From positions 32,001-96,000 of the IMG/VR virus record IMGVR_UViG_3300023223_000669: a stretch of DNA of 64,000 bases. The stretch is one strand, 5' to 3'. Under the pieces are notes generated by a model. That model ran no database searches. It saw only the letters and a list, made by a program, of their open reading frames with translations, and was not told the DNA's origin. The stretch comes from a virus. Shown one piece after another: positions 24,593 to 34,183 of the stretch. Position 1 is the first letter of the stretch, and the number at the start of each line of letters is the position of its first letter. Position numbers and translations under genes: made by a program.

Positions 24593-25128
24593 CTTGCTTC
24601 CTCTACCTGACGAGACTGTACTTCCGCAGGCTCCCATGTACGATTACGGTAGAAACCCCATGTTCGTCTTTTCAAGCCAAAGCGAATAAAGAGACTCCAT
24701 GTACCTTCCTGTCCTTCCGGAATGGTAATTCTATGTGCCGCATGTTTTGAACGCACATGAAGCAGGGGGTGTAATGGGCGACGAAGCTTCATGATAGAAG
24801 GACCATATGGCACATTCTGTCGTTCTGGCATTTCTTCGTTGTATGCTCCAGCTAAAAGCACACTGACGCTATTCCAGGGATGGTCATGTAGACCATCATT
24901 ATCATCTGCCCAAAAACGATGAATGTAGATACCTACCCAGGGTGTCGAGAAAATATAGAATCGCTCAAGATAGTCCTCCTCTGCTCCGCCGCGTTCCCGA
25001 GGAATCATACGGCGGCCACCAATACGGACCCTCTTGCGAAAAAAGTTCCGTGTACCCACACGTTCTAGCAGAGCGGCGAACCGCTCGAACCATCGTTGTT
25101 TAGGCTCTCCAGAGGTCTTCGTCGTCAT
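24589..25128 (-). CDS. cupin-like phage protein
   Basis: IHRFWADD...LHDHPW...AYNE...AHRI. Confidence 0.7.
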   Translation of the reverse strand: MTTKTSGEPKQRWFERFAALLERVGTRNFFRKRVRIGGRRMIPRERGGAEEDYLERFYIFSTPWVGIYIHRFWADDNDGLHDHPWNSVSVLLAGAYNEEMPERQNVPYGPSIMKLRRPLHPLLHVRSKHAAHRITIPEGQEGTWSLFIRFGLKRRTWGFYRNRTWEPAEVQSRQVEEAR

Positions 25129-25627
25129 AGCGTCTACCTTCGTCTTGAAGGTCGAGTTCTTCGTTCACTACATTATGACGTGTATCTGGTATCGTGTCAA
25201 CCTGAATTCCGGCCTTCTGCACAAGTTCTATCCCAGCAGTATCAGGATAATCTTCATACGATTTATAAATCCGAGAATAGACAATCCTCTTGATGCCCGC
25301 CTGAATGATCAGTTTTGCACACTCAAAGCAGGGTGATAATACACAATACAATGTAGACCCTACAGAGCTATTGGTACTGCAAGCAACCTTTGCAATTGCA
25401 TTAGATTCAGCATGGAGACATTCCTGTTTAGTGACAAGACCATCTGGTCCCCCAATCTCACAACAGTTATCAAAACCCGAAGGCGTACCATTCACGCCCT
25501 CAGCAATAATTCCGCCCTTAGGCGAAACGAGAATAGCTCCCACTTGGTATCGCTTTGCATGCGATAGTTGTGCCATTGCGTATGCACATTCCATATACGC
25601 TTTGTCGAGGTTCGCCTGATTAGCCAT
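25100..25627 (-). CDS. dCMP deaminase
   Basis: HAESNAI, SPCFECAK. Confidence 0.92.
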   Translation of the reverse strand: MANQANLDKAYMECAYAMAQLSHAKRYQVGAILVSPKGGIIAEGVNGTPSGFDNCCEIGGPDGLVTKQECLHAESNAIAKVACSTNSSVGSTLYCVLSPCFECAKLIIQAGIKRIVYSRIYKSYEDYPDTAGIELVQKAGIQVDTIPDTRHNVVNEELDLQDEGRRYDDEDLWRA

Positions 25628-25629
25628 GT

Positions 25630-26190
25630 TTACATGCCGCCTTTGCCTCCAGGATGAGGTCTATCAGTAGTGTATTTGAACTCTGCGAAGAATCGTTCGA
25701 TATAGGTTTGCTTAATTCGTTCATAAATGGCCTCGGCATTTAACTCGGGCGTATCAGCACTAGCCGCTCTAATCTGACGAGCAAGCTCTGATAGAGTAGC
25801 ATTCAAATCAGTAAGTTGATGTGCAATACGAACAGCAATTTGTTGGGCTGTAGCCCTGCTCGTCAGATGAAGTAATTCCTGTAGCTTGTCTTTGAGTTCC
25901 GGCATAAAGTTTGCCACAAGACGCTGTTGGGCATCATACGCCTTGCGTTTCATGACAATCTCTTTCGGCTCATCTGCCATGATAAAATCGCCGCCATGCT
26001 CCGTGGGGCGGTTGTATACATCGTTTGCTTTTAGTGGCGAATCCGCTTCAACCATTATACCCGTATATGTCATTGTCGCCGGTTTGAATCCATTGATAGC
26101 AAACCCTGCCGCGTCCTCAGAAGCAACATAAGCATAAGTTCGATTCTCGGGAGTATTTCCCATCACGGCATATACAAAGTATTTAGTCAT
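25630..26190 (-). CDS. hypothetical protein
   Basis: ORF between deaminase and macrodomain; start approximate. Confidence 0.6.
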   Translation of the reverse strand: MTKYFVYAVMGNTPENRTYAYVASEDAAGFAINGFKPATMTYTGIMVEADSPLKANDVYNRPTEHGGDFIMADEPKEIVMKRKAYDAQQRLVANFMPELKDKLQELLHLTSRATAQQIAVRIAHQLTDLNATLSELARQIRAASADTPELNAEAIYERIKQTYIERFFAEFKYTTDRPHPGGKGGM

Positions 26191-26635
26191 CATACTGTAC
26201 CAACACAAAACGATCTCCCTCTAGGAGAGAATCAACGACAGGGCGAACTTGTCGTTCCCAATCCAGACCGCCCAAGCCACAGCCTAGCGTGGGCAAGAAA
26301 ATGGTATTGCCATGGCCCACGCTAGAGAGCAATCTAGCAAAACTACTAAGCTCTGTACAACCACGTTCGATCCATTCAAGCCGCGATGGATCACGCCAGT
26401 TGTGTTTGGTAGGCATACAAATCACGGGTCGATGCACAAATAAGATATCGTTCAATAACCGAATATGATCAGCAAGTTCCTTAGGTAGTTCAGGAAACCG
26501 TCTTGCCGCTTCTTTGGCCATACCCGCACCCATAACAGCATTACCATCACGACGTAGTGTTGTATTTGTAGGAACAACTACCCAGCCATCTGCATCATGA
26601 GCTATCTGCCAAATATCACCCTTTGCGTATTTCAT
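26183..26635 (-). CDS. macrodomain (ADP-ribose binding/hydrolase) protein
   Basis: VVPTN...VMGAGMA...PTK...PTLGCGLGGLDW. Confidence 0.88.
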   Translation of the reverse strand: MKYAKGDIWQIAHDADGWVVVPTNTTLRRDGNAVMGAGMAKEAARRFPELPKELADHIRLLNDILFVHRPVICMPTKHNWRDPSRLEWIERGCTELSSFARLLSSVGHGNTIFLPTLGCGLGGLDWERQVRPVVDSLLEGDRFVLVQYDD

Positions 26636-26645
26636 CGTTACTCAC

Positions 26646-26673
26646 ATTATACCGCCACGTCAACATAAGTCAA
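26646..26673 (-). promoter_or_regulatory. sigma70-type promoter
   Basis: TTGACT-16-TATAAT. Confidence 0.75.
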
Positions 26674-26704
26674 CTTAATGTGGCAATATTTTACGTCTTA
26701 CGAC

Positions 26705-27034
26705 CTAGACAGAAAAACTTTCCCCACAGCCACATGAGTTCCTAGCGTTCGGATTCGTGAACTTGAACCCGCGACCCATCAAGCTGGTTTCAAAATCAAT
26801 CTGAATCCCGTGCAAGTAGAGAAAACTCTTGGGGTCACAAACGACCTGGATGCCTTCTTGCTCAAAGACTTGATCTATCTCAGAAGGAGCTTCATTATCG
26901 AAACCAAGAGTGTATGAAAATCCTGAGCATCCTCCGCCTTTAACACCAACGCGAAGATATGCGTTCTGTCCAAGGTTTTGCTCAGCCATGATACGTGTTA
27001 TTTCTAAAACAGCTCTGCCAGTAAGTGTAATCAT
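26705..27034 (-). CDS. iscA: A-type Fe-S carrier (HesB/IscA family)
   Basis: GVKGGGCSGFSY...NPNA...CGCGESF. Confidence 0.93.
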   Translation of the reverse strand: MITLTGRAVLEITRIMAEQNLGQNAYLRVGVKGGGCSGFSYTLGFDNEAPSEIDQVFEQEGIQVVCDPKSFLYLHGIQIDFETSLMGRGFKFTNPNARNSCGCGESFSV

Positions 27035-27038
27035 TGTA

Positions 27039-27395
27039 CTACGCGTCGTTTAGTATTATCCACAATAGCGACATCAGCAAAACCGGTAGAGACATCAGTA
27101 TCAACCAAGCACGCTGCTTCCGTGTTGTACGATGTAGAAATATTTGTTTTAATAACCATCGCTTGCCTGTGCATGTCCAAAATAGATTGTTACGTCCTAC
27201 TAATTCTCTCCTGATTAGTAGTTGTTCTTGATAGTGATCAAGCGACCTCTTCCACATTTCTTGGTAGTGTGGATTGCGGATATGCTCCGCTCTGAGCATT
27301 TCGATATGGCATGCCTGCATACGAGCACAAAGTATCTCTAAAGCGTACTTGACCGACCGTAGCCATAGACGCCGCATTTTGATCTGGGAAACCAC
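27039..27395 (-). CDS. hypothetical membrane protein
   Basis: C-terminal TM helix. Confidence 0.5.
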   Translation of the reverse strand: MVSQIKMRRLWLRSVKYALEILCARMQACHIEMLRAEHIRNPHYQEMWKRSLDHYQEQLLIRRELVGRNNLFWTCTGKRWLLKQIFLHRTTRKQRAWLILMSLPVLLMSLLWIILNDA

Positions 27396-27401
27396 GGAAG
27401 T

Positions 27402-27692
27402 TTATTTGTTTTTGTGCCATTCGTTTAATACACCCAACAATTCGTGTGCTCTGACCTCACACTCCTGACGCACGCCCTTAGATTCTGTAGTCGCTAACCT
27501 TTCTAGCACTACGGCCAACCGTGTGTCAATCGCTTTCAGAAGCTTTTCAATGGAAGCTTTTCTCTTGCGTGTTTTTAAATATGCTCCTACTAGTGTCACA
27601 GCTAAATCAACCCCAAGAGCAACCTGAGGAACAAGAATCTTAAGGCTCTGTCTAAGAACAGGATTACTCAGTATTTTCGTTACCGCATCCAT
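27402..27692 (-). CDS. hypothetical protein
   Basis: ORF in leftward run. Confidence 0.55.
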   Translation of the reverse strand: MDAVTKILSNPVLRQSLKILVPQVALGVDLAVTLVGAYLKTRKRKASIEKLLKAIDTRLAVVLERLATTESKGVRQECEVRAHELLGVLNEWHKNK

Positions 27693-28065
27693 CTTGTTTC
27701 TCCACGTAATCTGTAATCGCGGCTTTTATCGCGTCTTCCGCGAGGACACTACAATGGATTTTAACAGGCGGGAGTGAAAGCTCTTTGACAATCTCGGTGT
27801 TCCGTACAAGTTTCGCTTCCCCGATGGTCAGCCCCTTGATCCACTCTGTCGCAAGTGACGAAGCAGCAATAGCTGACCCACATCCAAACGTCTTAAATTT
27901 AGCATCTACAATAACGTCTCCTTCCGCCTGGATTTGCAGTTTCATCACGTCGCCGCATTCAGGGGCCCCAACAATCCCCGTGCCCACCTGTGCCGACTCC
28001 TTATCTAAAGAACCCACATTGCGGGGATTATTGAAGTGATCTAATACTTTATCAGAATAAGCCAT
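27664..28065 (-). CDS. iscU: Fe-S cluster scaffold IscU
   Basis: MAYSDKVLDHFNNPRNVG, APECGDVMKLQ, FKTFGCGSAIA, LPPVKIHCSVLAEDA. Confidence 0.95.
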   Translation of the reverse strand: MAYSDKVLDHFNNPRNVGSLDKESAQVGTGIVGAPECGDVMKLQIQAEGDVIVDAKFKTFGCGSAIAASSLATEWIKGLTIGEAKLVRNTEIVKELSLPPVKIHCSVLAEDAIKAAITDYVEKQDGCGNENTE

Positions 28066-28066
28066 A

Positions 28067-28753
28067 TTACTTCCACCATTCAAAATCGGGGTCGTTCGAA
28101 AGACCAAGGTCACGAAGTTGCTTTTTGCCAAGCTGACGCTTACGTTCCACAACCTCTACCATAGAATACTCTACAACATTGGCTTGTTTGATAAAATCCC
28201 AACGCTGGTGAGCCTTCTCTTTCTTGATGTACCAGACCTCGAACCAGCAGGCGTTGATACGCTCGAAACGGCGATCTCCAATCTGACACTTGTCGGGGTC
28301 ATACTGAGGTTTACGTTGCCAACGATGATGTTCCGTATCCTCACGTAGAAAGCCCTTTGCGTCAACATAGAAGTGACGCCAACGGGGCCAACGTTGGTCC
28401 TTCTTGACTAGTCGCTCTCTCCAAGTGTCAACCTCGAACTCCACATGCTCGCGAAGGTGCTTACCACGCAAACTACGAGCATCAGCATGCTCGCAGATTT
28501 CGCTAAACACCTTGTCCCAGGGACGCCCCACGTTAACACGCAGAAATTTGACAAGAGGAGAAATACGGTCGGCAAGCTCAAGACCCCAACCATTGTAACG
28601 TCGTCTCATCCCCTGCCGTTCCGGCAGGGCATCTAGTTCATCGATAGTTTTGCCGCTAATCTGGGTTCTGATCACGCTGTCGTAACCGCCCCTGCGAACC
28701 GTGTCGATGATCACGTCTTTCATATCTGCACGCATTTTGTACCTCCGATTCAA
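28067..28753 (-). CDS. conserved hypothetical basic protein
   Basis: FLRVNVGRPWDKVFSEIC...HLREHV. Confidence 0.65.
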   Translation of the reverse strand: MNRRYKMRADMKDVIIDTVRRGGYDSVIRTQISGKTIDELDALPERQGMRRRYNGWGLELADRISPLVKFLRVNVGRPWDKVFSEICEHADARSLRGKHLREHVEFEVDTWRERLVKKDQRWPRWRHFYVDAKGFLREDTEHHRWQRKPQYDPDKCQIGDRRFERINACWFEVWYIKKEKAHQRWDFIKQANVVEYSMVEVVERKRQLGKKQLRDLGLSNDPDFEWWK

Positions 28754-28872
28754 CTGCTACCAAAATGGCAGCAACTTCGGCGGCTCGGATATCTAGGTGC
28801 AGGTGTTCGGCTTCATGACGCCTATTACGGTAGTCGTCAAGGCGAAGCCTGAGCCAGCTAACCAGAGCTGTC

Positions 28873-29154
28873 TTATCCAACAAGTTGTACCGATTGGATT
28901 TTAAATTCGATTGTCAGACCTTTTGTCAATTCTAAATATTTGGCCTTCACTAAGATTTGTGAGTTCTGCAAATCTGCATTACCCTCAATCCTAGATCTGA
29001 GCCACGCATTCATTACTGGCTTGATCAGATCAATCGCTTGCCGCTGTTCCTCAGTGGCACTTTTTAGCCCAATCGGGATAGAACGGCGAATTCTACCGTT
29101 CTGGACGACAACCTCGGTGTTATAACGTGCTTTGATCATGATAGCATTATACAA
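28873..29154 (-). CDS. hypothetical protein
   Basis: ORF in leftward run. Confidence 0.55.
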   Translation of the reverse strand: MYNAIMIKARYNTEVVVQNGRIRRSIPIGLKSATEEQRQAIDLIKPVMNAWLRSRIEGNADLQNSQILVKAKYLELTKGLTIEFKIQSVQLVG

Positions 29155-29157
29155 CGT

Positions 29158-29892
29158 TTAGTCCTGGTTGTCAAGTAAAAATTCACAATCATCCACATGT
29201 TGCGGTACTCCACCCGGGCGAGTCCACAAGTTAATCAACGTGTGATAAGCAAGACGAATCTCCAAATCGGAGAGTTCTGTCTGGGAATTTCCTTTCACCT
29301 GTCTGGGATACATGACATAATTTTCCGCATCCACCCCGATTGGCAGGATCATCCAACCGGTATAGACACCTTTTGCTTCCCATCCAACCACATGAGGAAC
29401 GCCTAACATATGACCAATCTCATGTAAAGACGTTGAAAAGGCACGTTCTGGAGTCTCTTCCAATTCATCAGCATCCAACAGAATCCTACCGTCCTGTATC
29501 CACACGCCAAGGAGCTTATCTTTCATTTTGAATTCACTACCTTGAAGATCGATCAAACGAACACCAATGATATCAGGACGATTCACCAACCTCATTGGAT
29601 ATTCCATAGACATGACATGGACTTTAAAATGTACTGGAATATGCTTAGCCCATTCTGTTAGGGCTTGCATCATTGCCTTCCACGTTTCAGGATATCGTTT
29701 AACCTCCCAGAGACGTACCTTAAGATTTATACGTACATAAAAATCTGGTGGTAGACCTCGTGCCCCTGTATACCCAGATATGACCGTAAAGTTAGTCTGC
29801 TCCTCTGGACTAAGATCTAATGGAGCCACACAGGCGATACAGGCTAGACAGGAAGCCAGCAACGCAATTAGGAAACCGGTCGTACGATTCAT
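29158..29892 (-). CDS. metzincin (matrixin-like) metalloprotease, exported
   Basis: HEIGHMLGVPH plus Met-turn YVMYP; hydrophobic Cys-containing leader. Confidence 0.82.
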   Translation of the reverse strand: MNRTTGFLIALLASCLACIACVAPLDLSPEEQTNFTVISGYTGARGLPPDFYVRINLKVRLWEVKRYPETWKAMMQALTEWAKHIPVHFKVHVMSMEYPMRLVNRPDIIGVRLIDLQGSEFKMKDKLLGVWIQDGRILLDADELEETPERAFSTSLHEIGHMLGVPHVVGWEAKGVYTGWMILPIGVDAENYVMYPRQVKGNSQTELSDLEIRLAYHTLINLWTRPGGVPQHVDDCEFLLDNQD

Positions 29893-30145
29893 TAGCATTC
29901 CCCAGGCGAAAGAACAGCCGCCCACAAGGGCGACTTTACAGGCCATTACCAATAGTTATTACGCTAAGTGACTATCTGGAAAAAGCTTGAAAAAGGGAAA
30001 AGCATACATATCGTGTACTACGTATAATATGTCGGCCCTCTGTGGGCCATAGAGCTACGTGGCACCGTGTTGCTTCGCCTCTGTTTGTCTCGTCCTGTAT
30101 GGGACTATTATGACATGATTTCACGACTTCGTATAGCACTTTCCC

Positions 30146-30409
30146 ATGAAAACATCAGTACACAACGAAGCTGACTTAGAGGGCTATCCCAAGCCCCTGC
30201 CGGAAGGCATGATAGCGATCCATTTCAAGATGGTCGCAGTAGGCCCTAACACGATGGCCGCAGCCGAACACCGCGGGCCGAGGCTTTGCCAAATTGTTCG
30301 CGAACAGCCCGGGTATTTTTTGTTGAGCCAGGATGGCTCAGGTTTAGGTCTACGAGAAGCCATGCATGGGCTTGTAGACAATTTTTGCGATGCTCAAGAA
30401 GGTAAATAA
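30146..30409 (+). CDS. hypothetical protein
   Basis: first ORF of rightward late block. Confidence 0.55.
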   Translation: MKTSVHNEADLEGYPKPLPEGMIAIHFKMVAVGPNTMAAAEHRGPRLCQIVREQPGYFLLSQDGSGLGLREAMHGLVDNFCDAQEGK

Positions 30410-30410
30410 T

Positions 30411-30773
30411 ATGAGTCAGAGAAGTAAAAGGTCCAAAAAGGGCAAAGGTGTTCACCAAGATATTAGTGGTTCGACCCTCAATATGGGTGGTCTCATTGCT
30501 CGACATGATAGAGGTAAAGACCCGGAAGTCCGCGTCCCTTTGAAAGCGACGGGTGACATTCCCGCTGAAAAGGCTAAGGGTCTTGCCCAAGCATCTCCTC
30601 TTTTCCAGCCTATCAAAGACGCTGTTAAGCCTGAGTCCAAACAGGAAGAAGCCAAGGCCGTTGCTGAAGCCACGGTCAAGGAAGAGAAGAAGGAAGAGAA
30701 GGCCAAGCATCCTGCTCCTAAGCAGCGTGTTCTTCGTAAGAAAGAAGAGAAGACAGAAGACAACGCGGAGTAA
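30411..30773 (+). CDS. Lys/Glu/Ala-rich low-complexity protein
   Basis: composition. Confidence 0.6.
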   Translation: MSQRSKRSKKGKGVHQDISGSTLNMGGLIARHDRGKDPEVRVPLKATGDIPAEKAKGLAQASPLFQPIKDAVKPESKQEEAKAVAEATVKEEKKEEKAKHPAPKQRVLRKKEEKTEDNAE

Positions 30774-30774
30774 C

Positions 30775-31368
30775 ATGACAGCAAGCGGTGTAGCGGCGAG
30801 CAGCACCCCCTCCTATGCCGACGTTTCTGACATTGTTGAAGCGTTAGTCAACATAGAGGGGCGACGAACCCCGATCCCTGGGATGGATTTTGAAGATACC
30901 GCTCAGGAGATCAGGATGGAGTGCGTTCGCGTGCTTCAGTTCTACGATGCCTCCCGCATCGGCCCCTCGCCTTTCAAATATCTCCAAACGTGTGTACGAA
31001 ACTTTTTGTACAATCAGCGTAGAGGTATTTGGGTACCGAATAATCCCCCTTGCGTTCGGTGCCCGCTTTGGGATAAGATGAGAAAGCTTTGTACTATTGA
31101 AGAGGTAGGTTGCGATAAAATCGTATTGTATCGCGAGAACATGGCCACGAAGGCTGCCCTCAAGCAACCAGCCACGCTGGAAATTGATGTCATGGATTAT
31201 CGCCATGAGCAGGAACTTGAGGCAAAACTTCTAGACCGAAGCATTCGTGACGCATTGCCCGAGCATTTGATTGAATACTATGACAAAATGCTCTTGGGCG
31301 AAAAGGTGCCGCCTCGGTACAAAAAACAAGTTCGAGAGATTGCTACGGGGGTGATTAATAATGCCTAG
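30775..31368 (+). CDS. sigma-factor-like protein (region 2; likely late transcription factor)
   Basis: DFEDTAQE...YDASR...FKYLQTCVRNFLYNQRR. Confidence 0.7.
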   Translation: MTASGVAASSTPSYADVSDIVEALVNIEGRRTPIPGMDFEDTAQEIRMECVRVLQFYDASRIGPSPFKYLQTCVRNFLYNQRRGIWVPNNPPCVRCPLWDKMRKLCTIEEVGCDKIVLYRENMATKAALKQPATLEIDVMDYRHEQELEAKLLDRSIRDALPEHLIEYYDKMLLGEKVPPRYKKQVREIATGVINNA

Positions 31369-32143
31369 GACAACACCGCTCGTACAGAGAGATCGTGTAA
31401 TCGCCCTTGTCAAACAAGGCATGAGCAATACCGAAACCGCTCGTCAGATGAAGAAAGAATTTCCTGATGAATGGAGTTCGCAGTATGCACACCGGACGGT
31501 TGCACGTATTCTTAAGGATGCCGCAGAGGAAGCTATTATCGAGCCCTCGGTTGATCCGGAAAAAACACTTGATGAGATGAGTCGTGAAGAACGTTATCGA
31601 TTCATTGAAACCAGACTCCAGCAAACACCACGTTTCCGTATGGCATTTCGTAACTTCAAAAAAGAAGAAAAAGAGGTGTTCGTTGATGAGTATTTGAAGA
31701 TTGTTAAATCTACAGACACATTAACTGAGGCTGAGGAACAAGCTTTGTTTGCGGCCATCCTTGAGCTTGTTCTTGGATTACAGGCATTAGGTAGAAAAGA
31801 ACAACTAGAGCAACTGCGAGAACGAACGTTAGCTGGTGAGATTCCAGATGGCGACCCAAAGCATACTCGTAATGTTGATCCTAGATATCAAAAAGAACAT
31901 AATGACCACATGAAGCTTTATCATGCCGGTATCAGCGAACTGAAGATGTCGCGTTCACAACGACTCAAAGAGGTCCGTTCTCAGAAGCAGACGCTTGTAG
32001 ATTTAGCAGAGGAGCTTTCGCAGAAAAATGCACAAGCGGAAGTTGCAGACGAGATTGAACGTCTAGCGAAACTTAAAAATGATGAACTAAAGCGTTTGTT
32101 GGACCTCGGCCATATTTATGGCGTTTTTGAGGAATATCAGTAA
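31361..32143 (+). CDS. HTH protein, candidate terminase small subunit
   Basis: N-terminal HTH (GMSNTETARQM), helical C terminus, located upstream of TerL. Confidence 0.45.
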   Translation: MPRTTPLVQRDRVIALVKQGMSNTETARQMKKEFPDEWSSQYAHRTVARILKDAAEEAIIEPSVDPEKTLDEMSREERYRFIETRLQQTPRFRMAFRNFKKEEKEVFVDEYLKIVKSTDTLTEAEEQALFAAILELVLGLQALGRKEQLEQLRERTLAGEIPDGDPKHTRNVDPRYQKEHNDHMKLYHAGISELKMSRSQRLKEVRSQKQTLVDLAEELSQKNAQAEVADEIERLAKLKNDELKRLLDLGHIYGVFEEYQ

Positions 32144-33087
32144 TGAAGATTGCTATGTTGTTTGCGAGTTGGGAGGACTACGGGGAACCTTGGAGTACGC
32201 CCCAAGGCGTCAGAAATGAGTTTCTTGCTCGTGGACATGATGTGCAGGAATATAATTTGTACCATGATAATGGTAAGATAAATCCCATCAACAAGATGCA
32301 CAATTATTCTAATCAAGGCATTAATCTTTTGATGAGTGATATACGTCTTGATATTTATAGACCGGATGTTATTTTTTGTATGGATTACGGACCGTGGGAT
32401 GCCGTTCAATTTGACAAAAAATATTTTCCTGGTGTGATTTTAGTCAACGAGGCTGGTGATGAACCCCAGTCTCATCGTATGCAAATGCAAAAAGCCCCGA
32501 GGGTACATATAATTTTGTCTCCAGACCGCCAATGCGTCGAACGTTATAAAGCGTATGGCTTTAATGCGGTTTACTGGACACACTTTGCGGACACCCGCAT
32601 TTTTTATCCTCGTCCCGACGTAAACGTTGAATTCGATTGCGTGACCACATGCGGTTCGCGTGGCGGAGGTTTGACGGAGGAAATCAAAACTGCCCTCGGG
32701 GAATCATTCAATAACGAACGTTACTTTCATGGCAACGAACACGCCCAACGTCTATGTATGGGCAAGATGGTGTTTCAGTGTTCTCAATTTAAAGAGGTCA
32801 CTCGCCGTATCTTTGAGGGTATGGCCTGTGGCAAAATGGTGATTACTGATTGTCTTCCAGAGGAGACAGGTCTGTCAGAGGTGCTCATTGATGGCCAAGA
32901 TGTCGTGTACTACAATGATGCTCAGGACGCCATCGAGAAGATTCGTTACTATGCTAGTCATGACGAGGAACGAGAAGCCATTGCCCTTAGTGGTTTGGAA
33001 AAAGTCTTAACTGAGCATTCGGTTGTTAAGAGAGTTGATGATTTTGAAGCGGCCATTGCTGCCGCAAAGGAAGCCTTATTAGTATGA
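32143..33087 (+). CDS. glycosyltransferase (CgeB/GT1_2-like, GT-B)
   Basis: RRIFEGMACGKMVITD...IEKIRYY...REAIA..G. Confidence 0.85.
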   Translation: MKIAMLFASWEDYGEPWSTPQGVRNEFLARGHDVQEYNLYHDNGKINPINKMHNYSNQGINLLMSDIRLDIYRPDVIFCMDYGPWDAVQFDKKYFPGVILVNEAGDEPQSHRMQMQKAPRVHIILSPDRQCVERYKAYGFNAVYWTHFADTRIFYPRPDVNVEFDCVTTCGSRGGGLTEEIKTALGESFNNERYFHGNEHAQRLCMGKMVFQCSQFKEVTRRIFEGMACGKMVITDCLPEETGLSEVLIDGQDVVYYNDAQDAIEKIRYYASHDEEREAIALSGLEKVLTEHSVVKRVDDFEAAIAAAKEALLV

Positions 33088-33377
33088 AGTTTACCCCCAG
33101 ACATAATTATATCGTTTTACAGATGGACAAACCTGCCGAAGTATCAAAGCATGGTATTTTGCTACCTGAGTCTGTACGAGAAGATCGTTTGCCTGCGACC
33201 GTTTTGGCTGTTGGTCCTGGTGTACCTGCTGGCGACAAAAATGAGCTTGTTAAGATTGATGATCTCGATGTTGGTGATCGCGTTGTCTTCAATAAGTTTT
33301 CTGCGTTGGAGCTGGACGATACGGAACGTATTTATCTGATTCGTGATACGGATCTAGGATGTACTATCGATGACTAG
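33084..33377 (+). CDS. groES: co-chaperonin GroES
   Basis: PRHNYIVL, GILLP, VLAVGPG, VGDRVVF. Confidence 0.9.
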   Translation: MKFTPRHNYIVLQMDKPAEVSKHGILLPESVREDRLPATVLAVGPGVPAGDKNELVKIDDLDVGDRVVFNKFSALELDDTERIYLIRDTDLGCTIDD

Positions 33378-34173
33378 TAGCGAACGACAACTTGAAGGGC
33401 AGCGATGGGATTTTAGTCGTGCTCAATATAAGGATACTGACGATGTATTCCTAGAGCCTGGATTGTTTTCTATCATTGTATTGGCCCATGGTCGCCCTAC
33501 CACTACTCGTCAGTCTATTCTGTCCACCCTTGATTCTCTTCGTATGTACGATGAAGAAATCGAATGGATCTTCATTGAAAATGGTGGGTCGGAAGCCAAT
33601 TACGTTTTCTTTCAAGGACTTAATCTTGAACGTAAGGTTATTGTGCGGCAAAAGAATTTTGGAATAAACGAGGCACTCAATCAGGGCTGGGCCCTCTCGC
33701 GTGGTGAGTATTGTTTCATTCATGAGAATGACTGGGTAGCAACGCGAGAAGCGAACTTCCTGCAATACGCCAAGGAGATTTTCGAGGAGAAACAGAACGT
33801 GGGTATCATTCAGTTGAGAGATCCTTTGGATCCCCACGAGAATCATGGTAGCGGAAAGCCTTTTTTCAATCCTTGGAGTTGTCGTTCTGAAGTATTAGAA
33901 CGTGCCAAAGTCAAAATCTGGAAGGAGACAACTAAGAGTGGTCATACTTATATGATCTCTGAGTTTCCTAATGGTTTCTGTAACAATCCGATGATCATGA
34001 GAAAGAGTGTATATCGTGAGTGCGGTCCTTATCCTGAAGCTGAATTAGGTTGCGATCCCCGGCACGGGGAGAGCCTTTATCAAGAACGTGTTGCAAAACT
34101 GGGGTGTGCCATTGCCCATATTGGCATGCCGCTGTATTGGCATATGGGCAGAGTACAAACACAAGTGGTCTAA
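33370..34173 (+). CDS. glycosyltransferase family 2 (GT-A)
   Basis: SIIVLAHGR, IFIENGG, NFGINEALNQG, FIHEND. Confidence 0.85.
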   Translation: MTSSERQLEGQRWDFSRAQYKDTDDVFLEPGLFSIIVLAHGRPTTTRQSILSTLDSLRMYDEEIEWIFIENGGSEANYVFFQGLNLERKVIVRQKNFGINEALNQGWALSRGEYCFIHENDWVATREANFLQYAKEIFEEKQNVGIIQLRDPLDPHENHGSGKPFFNPWSCRSEVLERAKVKIWKETTKSGHTYMISEFPNGFCNNPMIMRKSVYRECGPYPEAELGCDPRHGESLYQERVAKLGCAIAHIGMPLYWHMGRVQTQVV

Positions 34174-34183
34174 GGAGAATAAA

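Noticed and set aside
25668-25676. TAGTGTATT copy
   Set aside because: Inside and antisense to a coding gene; likely chance, and a mild caution for the late-promoter claim.
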